From Octopus sinensis (lineage: Eukaryota), in assembly GCF_006345805.1 (NCBI RefSeq), contig NC_043003.1:1240001-1304000 (forward strand): a stretch of 64,000 nucleotides of DNA, read 5' to 3'. Position 1 is the stretch's first letter, and every line of letters begins with the position of its first letter. Made by a program: the position numbers and the translations under genes. This document shows positions 51,168 to 64,000 of the stretch, one piece after another. Under the pieces are notes generated by a model that saw only the letters and a program-made list of their open reading frames with translations, had not been told where the DNA came from and ran no database searches.

Positions 51168-54100
51168 GGGTACTTTTTGGTTATCTCACCCCCATTAAAA
51201 CAATTGCCATGAAAAAACTGGGTTATCTCCCCACTAAAAAATCGAGTTAACGTGGCGACGAGAGATTGGATCGAAAGAGTTCGATCCTTTTGCTTCAATA
51301 CTTCAACACATTGATGACTCTTTTGGCCTCCTCAATAGGAATGGTAGGATTTGGTATGAAAAATGTCATCAGATTCAATGAGATGTTTAATCTTTTCGCT
51401 TTTCATGTTTATTAATATTTTCAGTTTTGTAGGATTTGGTATAAAAAATGTCATCAGATTCAATGAGATGTTTCATCGTTTCGCTTTTCATGTTTATTAA
51501 TCTTTTCAGTTTTGTAGGATTTGGTATAAAAAATGTCATCAGATTCAATGAGATGTTTAATCTTTTCGCTTTTCATGTTTATTAATCTTTTCAGTTTTGT
51601 AGGATTTGGTATGAAAAATGTCATCAGATTCAATGAGATGTTTAATCTTTTCGCTTTTCATGTTTATTAATCTTTTCAGTTTTGTAGGATTTGGTATGAT
51701 AAATGTCATCAGATTCAATGAGATGTTTCATCTTTTCGCTTTTCATGTTTATTAATCTTTTCAGTTTTGTAGGATTTGGTATGAAAAATGTCATCAGATT
51801 CAATGAGATGTTTAATCTTTTCGCTTTTCATGTTTATTAATCTTTTCAGTTTTGTAGGATTTGGTATGAAAAATGTCATCAGATTCAATGAGATGTTTAA
51901 TCTTTTCGCTTTTCATGTTTATTAATCTTTTCAGTTTTGTAGGATTTGGTATGAAAAATGTCATCAGATTCAATGAGATGTTTAATCTTTTCGCTTTTCA
52001 TGTTTATAATAAATTTTCAGTTTTGTAGGATTTGGTATGAAAAATGTCATCAGATTCAATGAGATGTTTAATCTTTTCGCTTTTCATGTTTATTAATCTT
52101 TTCAGTTTTGTAGGATTTGGTATGAAAAATGTCATCAGATTCAATGAGATGTTTCATCTTTTCGCTTTTCATGTTTATTAATCTTTTCAGTTTTGTAGGA
52201 TTTGGTATGAAAAATGTCATCAGATTCAATGAGATGTTTAAACTTTTCGCTTTTCATGTTTATTAATCTTTTCAGTTTTGTAGGATTTGGTATGAAAAAT
52301 GTCATCAGATTCAATGAGATGTTTAATCTTTTCGCTTTTCATGTTTATTAATCTTTTCAGTTTTGTAGGATTTGGTATGAAAAATGTCATCAGATTCAAT
52401 GAGATGTTTAATCTTTTCGCTTTTCATGTTTATTAATCTTTTCAGTTTTGTAGGATTTGGTATGAAAAATGTCATCAGATTCAATGAGATGTTTAATCTT
52501 TTCGCTTTTCATGTTTATTAATCTTTTCAGTTTTGTAGGATTTGGTATGAAAAATGTCATCAGATTCAATGAGATGTTTAATCTTTTCGCTTTTCATGTT
52601 TATTAATCTTTTCAGTTTTGTAGGATTTGGTATGAAAAATGTCATCAGATTCAATGAGATGTTTAATCTTTTCGCTTTTCATGTTTATTAATCTTTTCAG
52701 TTTTGTAGGATTTGGTATGAAAAATGTCATCAGATTCAATGAGATGTTTCATCTTTTCGCTTTTCATGTTATTAATCTTTTCAGTTTTTAGGATTTGGTA
52801 TGAAAAATGTCATCAGATTCAATGAGATGTTTCATCTTTTCGCTTTTCATGTTATTAATCTTTTCAGTTTTGTAGGATTTGGTATAAAAAATGTCATCAG
52901 ATCAATGAGATGTTTAATCTTTTCGCTTTTCATGTTTATTAATCTTTTCAGTTTTGTAGGATTTGGTATAAAAAATGTCATCAGATTCAATAAGATGTTA
53001 ATCTTTTCGCTTTTCATGTTTATAATCTTTTCAGTTTTGTAGGATTTGGTATAAAAAATGTCATCAGATTCAATGAGATGTTTAATCTTTTCGCTTTTCA
53101 TGTTTATTAATCTTTTCAGTTTTGTAGGATTTGGTATAAAAAATGTCATCAGATTCAATGAGATGTTTCATCGTTTCGCTTTTCATGTTTATTAATCTTT
53201 TCAGTTTTGTAGGATTTGGTATAAAAAATGTCATCAGATTCAATGAGATGTTTAATCTTTTCGCTTTTCATGTTTATTAATCTTTTCAGTTTTGTAGGAT
53301 TTGGTATAAAAAATGTCATCAGATTCAATAAGATGTTTAATCTTTTCGCTTTTCATGTTTATTAATCTTTTCAGTTTTGTAGGATTTGGTATAAAAAATG
53401 TCATCAGATTCAATGAGATGTTTAATCTTTTCGCTTTTCATGTTTATTAATCTTTTCAGTTTTGTAGGATTTGGTATAAAAAATGTCATCAGATTCAATG
53501 AGATGTTTAATCTTTTCGCTTTTCATGTTTATTAATCTTTTCAGTTTTGTAGGATTTGGTATAAAAAATGTCATCAGATTCAATGAGATGCTTAATCTTT
53601 TCGCTTTTCATGTTTATAATCTTTTCAGTTTTGTAGGATTGGTATAAAAAATGTCATCAGATTCAATAAGATGTTTAATCTTTTCGCTTTTCATGTTTAT
53701 TAATCTTTTCAGTTTTGTAGGATTTGGTATAAAAATTTCATCAGATCAATGAGATGTTTAATCTTTTCGCTTTTCATGTTTATTAATCTTTTCAGTTTTG
53801 TAGGATTTGGTATAAAAAATGTCATCAGATTCAATAAGATGTTTCATCTTTTCACTTTTCATGTTTATTAATCTTTTCAGTTTTGTAGGATTTGGTATAA
53901 AAAATGTCATCAGATTCAATGAGATGTTTAATCTTTTCGCTTTTCATGTTTATTAATCTTTTCAGTTTTGTAGGATTTGGTATAAAAAATGTCATCAGAT
54001 TCAATAAGATGTTTAATCTTTTCGCTTTTCATGTTTATAATCTTTTCAGTTTTGTAGGATTTGGTATAAAAAATGTCATCAGATTCAATGAGATGTTTAA

Positions 54101-55171
54101 TCTTTTCGCTTTTCATGTTTATTAATCTTTTCAGTTTTGTAGGATTTGGTATAAAAAATGTCATCAGATCAATGAGATGTTTAATCTTTTCGCTTTTCAT
54201 GTTTATTAATCTTTTCAGTTTTGTAGGATTTGGTATAAAAAATGTCATCAGATTCAATAAGATGTTTAATCTTTTCGCTTTTCATGTTTATTAATCTTTT
54301 CAGTTTTGTAGGATTTGGTATAAAAAAGTCATCAGATTCAATAAGATGTTAATCTTTTCGCTTTTCATGTTTATTAATCTTTTCAGTTTTGTAGGATTTG
54401 GTATAAAAAATGTCATCAGATTCAATGAGATGTTTCATCGTTTCGCTTTTCATGTTTATTAATCTTTTCAGTTTTGTAGGATTTGGTATAAAAAATGTCA
54501 TCAGATTCAATAAGATGTTTAATCTTTTCGCTTTTCATGTTTATTAATCTTTTCAGTTTTGTAGGATTTGGTATGAAAAATGTCATCAGATTCAATAAGA
54601 TGTTTAATCTTTTCGCTTTTCATGTTTATTATTCTTTTCAGTTTTGTAGGATTTGGTATAAAAAATGTCATCAGATTCAATGAGATGTTTAATCTTTTCG
54701 CTTTTCATGTTTATTAATCTTTTCAGTTTTGTAGGATTTGGTATAAAAAATGTCATCAGATTCAATAAGATGTTAATCTTTTCGCTTTTCATGTTTATTA
54801 ATCTTTTCAGTTTTGTAGGATTTGGTATAAAAAATGTCATCAGATTCAATGAGATGTTTAATCTTTTCGCTTTTCATGTTTATTAATCTTTTCAGTTTTG
54901 TAGGATTTGGTATAAAAAATGTCATCAGATTCAATAAGATGTTTAATCTTTTCGCTTTTCATGTTTATTAATCTTTTCAGTTTTGTAGGATTTGGTATAA
55001 AAAATGTCATCAGATTCAATGAGATGTTTCATCGTTTCAGTTTTGTTTTTCCGGTTTATTGAGGGTTAAACATTTTTTTAAGATGAGATAACCAAAAGTA
55101 CCGATATTTCTCATAAAACTTGGGGAGATAACCCAGTTTTTTAATGGGGGTGAGATAACCAAAAAGTACCC
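51168..55171. mobile_element. Non-autonomous TIR element (~4.0 kb) filled with a satellite array
   Basis: Left GGGTACTTTTTGGTTATCTCACCCCCATTAAAA (51168-51200) is the exact reverse complement of 55139-55171. A second shared block, AAAACTGGGTTATCTCCCCA, lies inside both ends. Confidence 0.8.
51345..55045. repeat. 85-bp satellite array, ~43-44 copies
   Basis: Unit taggatttggtat(g/a)aaaaatgtcatcagattcaat(g/a)agatgtttaatcttttcgcttttcatgtttattaatcttttcagttttg; first units start at 51345 and 51430. Confidence 0.98.
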
Positions 55172-55514
55172 TAAAGGCAGTTCAGCCAGCATGGCTGCAG
55201 TCCAATGACTGAAACAAGGGATGGATAAGCAATTAAAACTCATCAACTGCCATGGATGTAAAAACTCGTTCTAAAATTTCTTGTGTTTAGATAACAGGAG
55301 ATCCAACCGTAACCAACCCGTTTCTAAGTCTATCTAGGAGTATTGAACATTTTTTGGTACCGGATCACCATGAATATTGTCTCCAACGCTCAATAATTCT
55401 TTCAGTAAAAGGCACAACGCCAGCAATTCGATAAGGGACAGTTTTCTTTGCTCGCTGACACAAACAAGGAAGCCATTGGCAATGTGCAATGGGCGGCGAC
55501 AAGGAGACAGGCCT

Positions 55515-55516
<2 letters not shown>

Positions 55517-55563
<47 letters not shown>

Positions 55564-56048
55564 TGTGTGTGTGTGTGACTGTGTATGTATTTGCGTGTGT
55601 GAGTGTGTCTGTGCTTCTGTGTGAGTGTGTGTGTGCTTCTGTGTGTGTGTGTGAATGCGTGTGTGTATGTGTGTGAGCGTATTTGTGTCTACGTGTGTGT
55701 GACTGTGTGTGTGTGTATGTGTGTGTATATGCGCACGTTTGCGTGTGTTTGCTTGAGTATGCGTATGTGTGTGTGAGTGTGTGTGTGAGTCCCTATATGC
55801 CCTTTTTTATTTATCTTCGATTTGTCTCAGCCATGGCCTTACTGGAGCAAATCTTGGAACAAATCAACCCCAGCACTTTTTCTTTTGTTGTTGTTCTTTT
55901 TAAAGTCATATATTTATTCTATCGATCGCTGTTTGCCAAACCGCTAAGGTACCGAGAAGTAAACAAATCAACAACGATTGTCAGACAGTGGTGGATGGGA
56001 CAAGCACAAGCACATACACACACATACACACACGCACATACACACACG

Positions 56049-56079
<31 letters not shown>

Positions 56080-56640
56080 GCACACACACACACACACACA
56101 CATGCTCGACGGGCTTCCACTCAGTCTCCGTCACAAGGCATTAGCCGTTCAGTGGCAACAGAAGATCATACTTGCCCAAGGTACAACACAGGGACATTTT
56201 CATGTATACACACACGCACACACACGCACATACATACATACATGCATACATACATACATACATGCATGCATTCATGTATACATACATACATACGTACATA
56301 CATACATACATACATAAATACATACATGCATGCATTCATGTATACATACATACATACATACATGCATGCATACATACAAACATACATACATACAAACATA
56401 CACACATACATACATACATACATACATACATACATACATACATACATACATGCATGCATGCATACATACATACATGCATGCATACATACATACATACACA
56501 CATACATACATACATACATACATACATACATACATACATACATACATACATACATACATACACACACACATACATACATACATACATACATACATACATA
56601 CATACATACATACATACATACATACATACATACACACACA
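55517..56640. repeat. (GT)n, (AC)n and (ATAC)n arrays interleaved with SINE C pieces (55800-55990, 56105-56180)
   Basis: Seen directly. Confidence 0.85.
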
Positions 56641-57544
56641 CATATCCCGTAAACATATTCACTTTTACAATTAGTATCTAACTCAGTAAACCTTGTAATT
56701 ATCAAATTCCTGTCAGTCAACTGACACCAATAACAAACTAAAACCTTGATTTAGCTCTAATTAGATGTAGGATCCTTTTTACCTTACAATCCGTTAACCA
56801 TAAACTATAATGGAAGGCAGCAGAAACAACGGAAACTAAATGAAGCTCGAGCGCGGCAATGGATGAAGACAACGTTCGGAGAAGACACTGAAATGTTGAA
56901 GGAGATGAAACCATACAAAAGTAACGAACAAAAAGAAACGAGCACAACTACATAATCACCACTAAAAGCAGCAAATTTATTTAAATAAAATTGGATGTCT
57001 CATCATCAGCTGCTTTGTCGGAAATCGTTGCCGTTTCGACAGCAAGTAGATCCAGTCGATCTAAAAATGATTTAAATGCTGCCCGGCAATTACATGTATT
57101 TGTGGTAGAATAGAGTTCTCACAAAACATAGGATATCATATACCTTTCCAAACAAACAATTACATAAGAAGTAATTGTATATAACCGTACTGGAACCCCA
57201 AATGGTTAACACAGGCCGTAAAAGACGCACAGGAGTATTAAATGCGCTTCGATTCCAGCAGCATATATTTAGGATGAAAAGCCATTTTTAGTGCATTAAA
57301 GCATGTAATATTGAAAGCAATCTATCAGGACATTATAAAATCAGGTTAAGAAGAGCAGAAAACATTACATAAACATTAAGTTAGCCGTAAAATTGAACAC
57401 AAAGCAAGAAATCCGGAAAAGGAAAATATAATAGTTGAGTAGAGGAATATAATGGATCAACTGTTATTAGTGATGATAATCCCTTTTACCGTACAAGTAA
57501 TGATAATAATTCAAATTTATTTTTAAAAAAAAACAGAGACGAAG

Positions 57545-58040
57545 ACAGGTGTAGGGACAACAAGCAAGTGTATTAGTTTGACGCTCGAGAACAACGGAAA
57601 AGTCTTTTACGTTTCGAGCCTAAGCTTTTCGATAGAAAGAGATAAAAGAAAATAAATTGAAAGAGAATGAAAAGAACTTGTTGAGTTCAGCGGCCCAACA
57701 TAGCGAATGGTCATTGATAATAGTAATGTTTAAGTAAACTACTGGTTTTAAATTCTGGCACCAGGCCAACAATTTCTGGGGAGCGGTATGTCGACTAATT
57801 CGACCCCACTGTTCAACTGCTAGTTATTTTATTGACCCCGAAAGGATAAAAAGCAAAGTCGACCTCGGCGAAATTTGAACCCAGAACGTAAAAACGGGTA
57901 TTTTACTTAAACATTATCATTATTATTCGCCATGTTGGACCGCTGAACTTACTATGTTTTTTCATTCTCTTTTTATTTCCTCTTATTCCTTTCTGCCGAA
58001 GAGCATAGGCTCGAAACGTAAAAGACTCTTCCATTTTTCC
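57545..58040. mobile_element. Inverted pair of Penelope-like terminal repeats (57545-57725 minus, 57905-58040 plus) flanking a family A SINE
   Basis: Both contain cattcgc.atgttgg.ccgctgaact...ctttct..cgaa.agc.taggctcgaaacgtaaaagac, in opposite orientations. Confidence 0.7.
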
Positions 58041-58481
58041 CGCCGTTACGATTCTACCAGCTCGCCAGTCAAAGCAGAAGAAACCATCTGGATTCAAATT
58101 AGCTTTTAGTAGTGAGCATCAAGGACAAGCTTGGTTTATGAGTGGCCTCACTTCGCTCATAGGAAACATGGTAATGTTTTAAGACACTTTCGGAAGAGAA
58201 AATGGCGTCTTATATGCCATCAAATATGGTGCCTTGAACCGATGCTTGTTAAAGCAATCTATGAATAACTATGAAGTGATATTAAAAGTAAATGGAATGA
58301 CATTAAGCGAAAATTAAATAAATCGAAAAATAGATATTGCATTAATGTTAATTAGACAATGAATTAAATAGTAAATTAATTAAAATTATGATCAATGAAA
58401 AGAAGATTTCACCTCCACAATTCGATTAACCAGCTGCGATATTCAATTCAGCGATCTCAACTGCGTCAGTCGTATGTTTAA

Positions 58482-58897
58482 CCCTTCAGCATTCAGATTA
58501 CTCTGTCGAATGTAACGTTTATTTATTCACATTGTTTTGAATTAATCACGCATTATGTGTAGTTTTGAGATTTTGATGATGTAATTCTAGGTTTTAGAAA
58601 TATATTGTAGAGTAAGTGTGAGAGGTGGGATCAGGCCAATTTTTTTCCAATTTTTCAATTCAATTCTTATTGGCACAAAAAGCAAAAGCAAGGCCATGTA
58701 GGGGGACATGAAGTTATGTATAGGGAGGGTGGTCATACAAAGAGTTCAGGCCATTTCTGGTCAAGAGAGACTTTGAACCGAGCGGTCGTCGGCAGCTTCA
58801 CTATCTCGTCCGGCAGCTTATTCCACGGATCCGCAATTTTAACATAAAACAGGTAGAATGTTATGGGCTTTGTTGGCCCAGTTTAAATGCTAAAGAG
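58482..58897. mobile_element. piggyBac-like MITE interrupted by a LINE 3' fragment (~58644-58833, minus)
   Basis: TTAA|CCCTTCAGCATT ... AATGCTAAAGAG|TTAA. The insert encodes DPWNKLPDEIVKLPTTARFKVSLDQKW and is flanked by caatttt on both sides. Confidence 0.75.
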
Positions 58898-59082
58898 TTA
58901 AACGGTTCGTGTGAATTACTTGATACGACGACAAGAAATACAAACCTACAAAACATTTACCGATGATAAAACAGAGTCGCGAAGACACAGAACCTTCCAG
59001 AAGCGACATCTGCGTAAAAATAAACCAAATAACAATTAAAAAGAATGGTCAGCGGTTTGAATAAAACGGGTGAGAGAAATTA

Positions 59083-59470
<388 letters not shown>

Positions 59471-60463
59471 AGTGTGTGTACTGTATTTGTAGGTTAACAA
59501 GGCTACCATTGGTTTTATGTTAAGAGTTATCAACGTCTCCATCGTGAACCGAAGCGCCTATGCGGTGTTGAGCACTCGTCTCACGGTTCAAATTTACAGA
59601 AAACAAAAGACGAAGATAGGTGCAGGATCTTCTTTTATCTTTTACTTGTTTCAGCCATTCCTGACTGCGGCCATGCTGGAGCACCACCTTCAACGGTTTT
59701 AGTTGAACATATCGACCCAATGAGTTACATTTTTTAAAGACTAGTACTTATTCTATCGGTCTCTTATGCCGAACGGCTAAATTACGGGGTCGTAAACACA
59801 CCATCACCCTGAACTCTGCAACAGACAGGTGTACCGTTCGAAGCCAGTGTTGTAATGTCGGTCACTTATCCACTATGGAAATCGAGTGATTTGGTTTATG
59901 AATTGTGGGGCTCAAGGGAGTAAGATGACTACGATAACATGGCGCAGAAAAGTAGCAAAATCTTCTTTCGCAACAGAACGGAGAAAGAAAAGAATACAGG
60001 CCGGGGTTTTAGTAATAGAAAATCTGTAGATGGCGATGAAGTTTGATTATCAGATCTGGATTCAGCATCACTGAATGAAAATTTGTTACTTGAACGAAAA
60101 GGGAAAGGATTATGTAAGCAGCGAGAAAGATCAATGTCGAATACGGAGAAACAGAGAAGGATTACAAACCAATGGAAAATAAAAGAGAGGGGATTGAAAA
60201 TTGGGAAAATAATTCGTTGCGTCGTCAGTTTATTTGCGAGTCAAGACTAGCAAATATAAAGACTAGAAAGGTTTGACTACTAAGAGGACAAATGGCGGCG
60301 GAGATAAATCAAGGAATAGGTTAAGCCTGGAAATGATGCATTATGGGATTAGGAAGTCATTTTGAATGCAGAGTAAATGAAAAGTGAAAGTATCAGTGGT
60401 CTTAATGAAAATTACTCTTGTGAGAAGCTGCTGGGGTTTATCTCAGTAAGATGAGTTAGAGAG

Positions 60464-60739
60464 ATATTCATAAATAGAAAAGCGTGACAGACATATTTGT
60501 ACTCGTCAGTAGCTGATGTAAAGACTAAAAAAAGACGTTAGAAGAACATAGATTTCATCTTAGTTATCATTTTGCGATTAGTATATTTGTCCTTGCAAGA
60601 CATGACTGCAAGAACGAATACAATAATCCCAAAATGATAACTAAGAGAAAATCTCTGTACTTCAAGCGTCTTTTTTAGTTTTTATATCAGCTACTGACGA
60701 GTACAAGTATGACTATTAAGATTTTCTATTTACGAATAT
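60464..60739. repeat. ~276-bp fold-back element (MITE-like)
   Basis: ttgtactcgtcagtagctgat / atcagctactgacgagtacaa; tcttagttatcattttg / caaaatgataactaaga; atattc(a/g)taaatagaaaa at both ends. Confidence 0.8.
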
Positions 60740-61124
60740 CTGAGTCTTTTTGTACGAAACAAATTGTATAGCAACATGAAAAATAAAAACTATAATCTAT
60801 TTTAACATCTAATCTCATCCATTACATAAATATGAATGAATTTGTTGAAATATTGAGGGAAAGAAAACCTCCATGTATCCTTTAAAAATGTTAACCTAAG
60901 CCCTACAAGCTCATAAAAACCCCGAAGAAGTCCTATCCCATATAGTTAGAATATGACTTTTTTCTTAGCTTTTAACCAAATGCTTAGAATTTCTAATTAA
61001 CTAGGGGATAGCACAGAAACATAAGTAGGTTTTTGAAATTCTTTTTCAGCTTTGCAACTTATAATCAATTTATTTGTATTGTAATGTTTTTAAAAGAAAT
61101 TTTTCAACATTTTTAAACATATAT

Positions 61125-61515
61125 AGGCGCAAGTGTGGCTGTGTGGTAAGTAGCTTGTTTACCAACCACATGGTTCCGAGTTCAGTCCCACTGCGTGGCA
61201 CCTTGGGCAAGTGTCTTCTACTATAGCCTCGGGCCGACCAATGCCTTGAGAGTGGATTTGGTAGACGGAAACTGAAAGAAGCCCATCGTATATATATATG
61301 TTTGTGTGTCTGTGTTTGTCCCTCTAACATCGCTTGACATCCGATGTTGGTGTGTTTATGTCCCCGTAACTTAGCGGTTCGGCAAAAGAGACCGGTAGAA
61401 TAAGTATTAGGCTAACAAAGAATAAGTCCTGGGATCGATTTGCTCGACTAAAGGAGGTGCTCCTGCATGGCCGTAGTCAAATGACTGAAACAAGTAAAAG
61501 AATAGAACAAAAGAA
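61125..61515 (+). mobile_element. Full-length tRNA-derived CORE-like SINE (family C)
   Basis: Head ggcgcaagtgtggctgtgtggtaag...gagttcagtccc; CORE-like ccttgggcaagtgtctt; internal (TA)(GT) microsatellite; LINE-like tail. Confidence 0.9.
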
Positions 61516-62079
61516 TACAAATAAAATCAGCAATTAGCAAAAACGATGAGATGTGACATCCCAGAAAACGAATCAGTCACACTGTGCCAAAAAGTGTCAC
61601 CTGGTGCCAATCAGTGAAACCTTATAGATTCAAGATTGTGTCAATTCCCAAAGACAAATGTTCTCTGGCGACTTTGTTCTTTGGTTTAGTTTACAGGCGC
61701 CAATTAAGAGTAAAGCTGAACCTGTAACATCTCGCGAAACACTCGCTGAATAAGGAGCTTGTACACGTGATCTGACGTCCATGTGTCAGGTAACCAGGTG
61801 TTGTATACAAGACTCAAAGCACATCTCAACTACATCACGTGTCATTCTTTTGTTGCTTCTTTAATTGTCTTCCCTTTTGTTACCTGGATTTACCATCAGC
61901 ATGTCTATCTGTCTGCACTGCAGATGCTAATAAGGTCAGCGTTGTTTGGCCCCTCAGGTCATCCCTAATCGTGCAAACCCTATTATGAAAGCTATTCCAC
62001 TCAAAACAACACCCTCTTTTCTTTTCTTTTTTTTTTTGTTCAAGTAAGGCCTATCCAGATCCCCGTTATCTAATGTACC

Positions 62080-62235
62080 CTTAGGCAGAAGTATTGTTTT
62101 CAGTCGTGTTTGTTTGTCTGTTTGTCCGTGGACAAGATATTTCAAGAACCGCTGGATGGGTTCGGATGAAACATTAAAGGATGTATGGCCTTGTGACTAA
62201 CACGGATTAGATCTTGGGATCGATCCGGCACCGGA
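62080..62235 (-). mobile_element. Partial Helentron/HINE-like element
   Basis: Reverse complement of 23960-24130. Confidence 0.65.
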
Positions 62236-62489
62236 CAAGGATTCTGGATTATTTGTTATATTTACTTTACTTTACCTGCAGTACTACGATCTTACGTTCA
62301 CTTTCTCTGATTATCTCCCTTGAAAGCGCTCTCCTGGTTTCCACGTAAGTTATGGCGGCGTTGCTGTTTCCAAAGTTTTAAGGTGGAAGAATGTAGGGTT
62401 TTCATTAAGATTTTAGGGAAAGCCATGGCTCAGACTCGGCAAAAAAAGAGCAACCTTAAAATATAAGAAAATAACGCAATTAATAATGG

Positions 62490-62700
62490 TTTCGAAATTT
62501 AGCACAATGCCAGCAATTTTGGGGGACGGGACAAGTCAATTGATTCGACCCCAGTATCTAATTGGTACTTATTTCATCGACCCCGAAAGATTGAAAGGCA
62601 AAGTCGACTCCTGGGGTATTTGAACTCAGAGCATAAAATCGGAAGAAACGCTGCTAAGCATTTTGTCCGGCTAGGTAACGACTCTGCCAGCTCGCAGCCT
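62490..62700 (-). mobile_element. SINE family A
   Basis: Reverse complement of the family A head and body. Confidence 0.8.
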
Positions 62701-62942
62701 GGGCTAAAATTTGAAGCCAATAAGATTTTACATTTATATGCAAGCAAGTAGTGTGCCGATTCCCTTTGAGTCAAAGAGCCCGTTACCCCGATTACCCGGT
62801 TACTATGGCCACCAATACATTCATGCTTTTATTTATAGCTTCACGTGGTTTGCTTCAAGTCATGATTTCAATATATATATTCATATACATACATACATAT
62901 ATATGTATGTATATATACAGACACACATTTATATATATATTT

Positions 62943-63805
62943 ACTAGCAGAGATACCCGGCGTTGCCCGTGTTACATGCAATTGAAGAATTAGACTTTTC
63001 TGTTATATTTTCTGTAATGAACTGGAATATCTATGTTTCGAATTTCATCAAAACTGCAGATGAGGGTTATTTCCCTCTTTACACACCCTAAAAAAATTGT
63101 AATCTTGCCACATATATCCCATACTACTGATTTTTATGCGCATATTCCAAAATTCCAGTCTTACTGAACCTGTTAAAAAGATTTTGCTCCTGAAAAACGA
63201 AGGTCATGGAGCTCTAAAATGTGAGAGTTAACGCCCCTGTTGGGGGTGGGCATCTTAATGTCAACCAGAGAAGTTGAATTGTTGAGAATCTTATTAACTT
63301 GGGTCTTATATCTATTGTTTGAATTTCTTTGAAATAGGAAATATATGTTCACTGGGTTTGTAAAAGAGGGCAAAGCTACAGAAAACCAAAAGACGAATGA
63401 TCACAATAAGCAGTCAGCTACCCTACCCTAGTCGTTACCACTCATCATCCAGGTGACAGGCACAGCCGTAAGATGCATTACGAATCTATAGCAATTGGAA
63501 GGTCGTGACCCAACTGAAATAAACATTAACAACTGTGTGACGTGGGGGCTAAGGAGAAATTAAAGTGTCACCTCTGGAGTTTGCAAATGACCACTATACT
63601 GATACGTAACTGGACAGAATAAATTTAAAATCTATAAATGTCTTTGAATAACCAGTCACTCATTTGGGAATGCCTTGTAATCAATGTTACCATCTGGGGA
63701 CTATGTGTGACCGAGTGATAATTAAAAGACTGAAAGGAGGTCTGCAATCAAATAACTTTACTCACACTTTGCAACTGAAACATTCTCAGTTTTATATATA
63801 GAGAT
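62943..63805 (+). mobile_element. Possible non-autonomous Helitron/Helentron-like element
   Basis: Begins tt|ACTAGCAGAGATACCCGGCGTTGCCCG and ends CATTCTCAGTTTTATATATAGAGAT; these termini resemble those of Helitron2/Helentron derivatives. Confidence 0.45.
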
Positions 63806-63808
63806 ATT

Positions 63809-63873
<65 letters not shown>

Positions 63874-64000
63874 GTGTGTGTGTGTTGTGTGTGTATGTAT
63901 GTATGTATGTATATATATATAGCATAAAGGTGTCAGAGCTTGTTTATACGTGGTTGTAGATATTTAAGAAAGAAAAATATGTAAAAACGCACAGGAAGTT

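Noticed and set aside
51345-55045. 85-bp array as a CRISPR array or a repeat-protein gene
   Set aside because: The units are near-identical end to end with no unique spacers and no cas genes. 85 is not a multiple of 3, so the ORFs shift frame and terminate.
57000-57050. GAAAC followed by CTGATGA on the minus strand as a type II hammerhead
   Set aside because: There is no properly placed stem III or NUH cleavage triplet.
59900-60420. Purine-rich stretch as a host coding exon
   Set aside because: It has multiple stops in every frame, and faint LSDLD-like similarity suggests a very old RTE remnant that is too weak to annotate.
61697-61789. 93-bp AG/GT-bounded candidate exon on the plus strand
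   Set aside because: It has stop codons in all three frames and no other support. A non-coding exon cannot be excluded.

Overview
AT-rich, microsatellite-dense eukaryotic DNA, almost all intergenic or intronic and packed with mobile elements. The SINE families and (ATAC)n/(TA)n density suggest an Octopus-like cephalopod genome (inference, not verified). I find no confident host protein-coding gene. Most ORFs in the track are microsatellite artefacts, and the real coding signal is from transposon remnants. These are a full-length but frameshifted IR/DR-type Tc1 (36899-38520), mariner, DD41D-like and hAT fragments, HERO-like and R4/Dong-like R2-group retrotransposons, CR1-group and RTE LINEs, Helentron-like elements, and many tRNA-derived SINEs. 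The most notable structures are: (1) a 4-kb element with terminal inverted repeats whose interior is an ~44-copy 85-bp satellite; (2) a hammerhead ribozyme motif with an intact core at 49691-49798 plus several minimal or decayed relatives; (3) SINEs with swapped head and tail modules, one tail matching the 3' end of a LINE in the window; (4) a fold-back inverted duplication at the truncated 5' end of the HERO-like element; (5) a pre-miRNA-sized hairpin. All family assignments come from motif recognition by eye, with no database search. SINE and LINE boundaries are approximate.
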